From Pelomyxa schiedti (Eukaryota; Protista; Evosea), in contig JAHLWZ010000980.1 in the NCBI GenBank assembly GCA_020536535.1, forward strand, positions 1 to 34,059: 34,059 bases of DNA. Direction: 5' to 3'. The translations under genes were made by a program, and so were the position numbers. Shown piece by piece: positions 32,732 to 34,059 of the stretch (position 1 is the first letter of the stretch; each line of letters starts with the position of its first letter). A model generated the notes under the pieces. The model was not told the origin of the DNA. It saw only the letters and a program-made list of their open reading frames with translations, and ran no database searches.

Positions 32732-34059
32732 TTAGAGTTGGGCGATCAATTTTGCATTTCTCCTCCAGTAATCGAGGGAGGGGTTGCCTCCACCAATGAC
32801 ACACTGGCCTTCTGATATTATGGTTCCAGTCTTGCACCCTTTGATGAAATCGAACACATCGTTGCCACAGGGGAGGTGCTGCAGCACCAGGCTGTAATTT
32901 GGAGCCCACTTTCTCACAGGGAGAACTCCACGAGCAACGGTGTGTCTGCTGACCCTCATCGCCAGCTCCCTGCACGTGGTCACATGTGCCAGTGGAATCA
33001 CTGGTTCTCCTGTTTTTGTGCTGCCGGTAGTAGTCGTCGTTGCTGCCGGTGAACTGCACAAAAATGTGAGTGCATTACCGCAGACAATGTAGAATATTCA
33101 AGGACAAACGGGTTGCAGATGAGAGCACAAACCTTCCGGGGATGTATGCTCGCACCAAGGATTCCTTCACAACATCCAACCACACAGGATCATCCAGAGC
33201 AGCTTCTCTCCAGCTGAAGAATATATTAGCAGGTTGAACGCGTGAATATTAGTTCGGAAGAATCACCTCTTGCACACTGTTGACAGAGAAAGCAATGTTC
33301 TAGTGGCTTCAAGGACCTCTTCTGCGGAATTCGGCGTTCGCGATTGTATTGGAAGGTAGTGTTCCGGCCGAAGCTCAATCTCCGGCAAACCCTTGTCCAT
33401 TCGAGCAATCTGAACTTCATAGGGTGTTGAGTTGACACAGTCGTAGTATGCTTGCGAATAATGTTGCTCCCAAATGAGAATTACACGTTTAAATATACAT
33501 CCAAGCAAGTCCTTCCCCAGAACAAAGGTGTTTGTCGTACTCACGGTAGGTTTAGAGGAACCAATTGCACTCTGGAATTATGTTGGATTTGGTTTCTTTC
33601 ACAAGGAGGGTAGATATACCAGGAAGGATTTTACAAACTTGGGAGCTTTGGGAGCCCCACGTGAGTGCCCAGAAGGTGACGGTGCACCAGTCACCTTTGC
33701 TCTCTGAACCCTCACCCACGGAGTCACACGTTCAAGCCAAGAATTGCACCTTGTCGTGCACTCCTTGCACACGTATAGCTCTCCTTCCGGCCGGGGTGGC
33801 CTTGCGGGTATTCTACGGAACATAGACATCATGGCCTCGTCTGCGGTAATGGAATGTTCCGCACATCCACTCGGCCCCTACATTACAACCCAATTTGTCA
33901 TCGTGGGATAACTGAGATGTTACTGCCTTCACGGGTACTGATTGAATCATACACACTTTGCGACACTCAGGAGGGAGACCGTCGAGCTCGTCAGCAAGGG
34001 CACTCGTCGACGCGCAGTTCTCGGCCCCTGGCGTCCCATTCTTTACGGTATCGATCGGT
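32732..34059 (-). CDS. Tandem family paralogue A (5' end outside the window)
   Basis: ..LADELDGLPPECRK|GPSGCAEH..YVCKECTTRCNSW..VLGKDLLGCIFKRV..TLLSLSTVCK|SWREAALDDPVW..CRELAMRVSRHTVARGVLPVRKW..KLIAQL*. Confidence 0.78.

Overview
Gene-dense, intron-rich eukaryotic genomic DNA with short GT-AG introns (mostly ~40-70 nt) and very short intergenic gaps. The gene content looks like a free-living amoebozoan, and the expanded orphan families recall Pelomyxa-type archamoebae (inference only). Manual splicing gives about 13 genes. In order: a 5x DOMON + ferric-reductase/NOX flavocytochrome (3' end outside the window); a kinesin-like protein with a degenerate motor; Cdc34/UBE2R; a 4xSH3 protein ending in an atypical bacterial-effector-like PI-kinase/HipA-type domain; a GRIPAP1 homologue; LAMTOR1; and a TRIM-type E3 (RING-Bbox-Bbox-CC-filamin-FN3-SPRY). 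Next comes a multi-exon gene that splices into Rho-like pseudo-GTPase + Kelch + F-box + C-terminal Vint-type Hint (autoprocessing) domain, which is the most striking object in the window. The right end holds two intronless orphan-family genes and three tandem paralogues. Those paralogues combine an N-terminal 'GFVSNSSS' motif (which I recall from uncharacterised bacterial/phage proteins), a Cys/His cluster and an F-box split by a ~55-aa insertion. Two 100-N gaps, each flanked by an exact 121-bp duplication, are assembly artefacts. No rRNA, tRNA, CRISPR or transposon could be supported. All exon models are manual and need RNA-seq confirmation.
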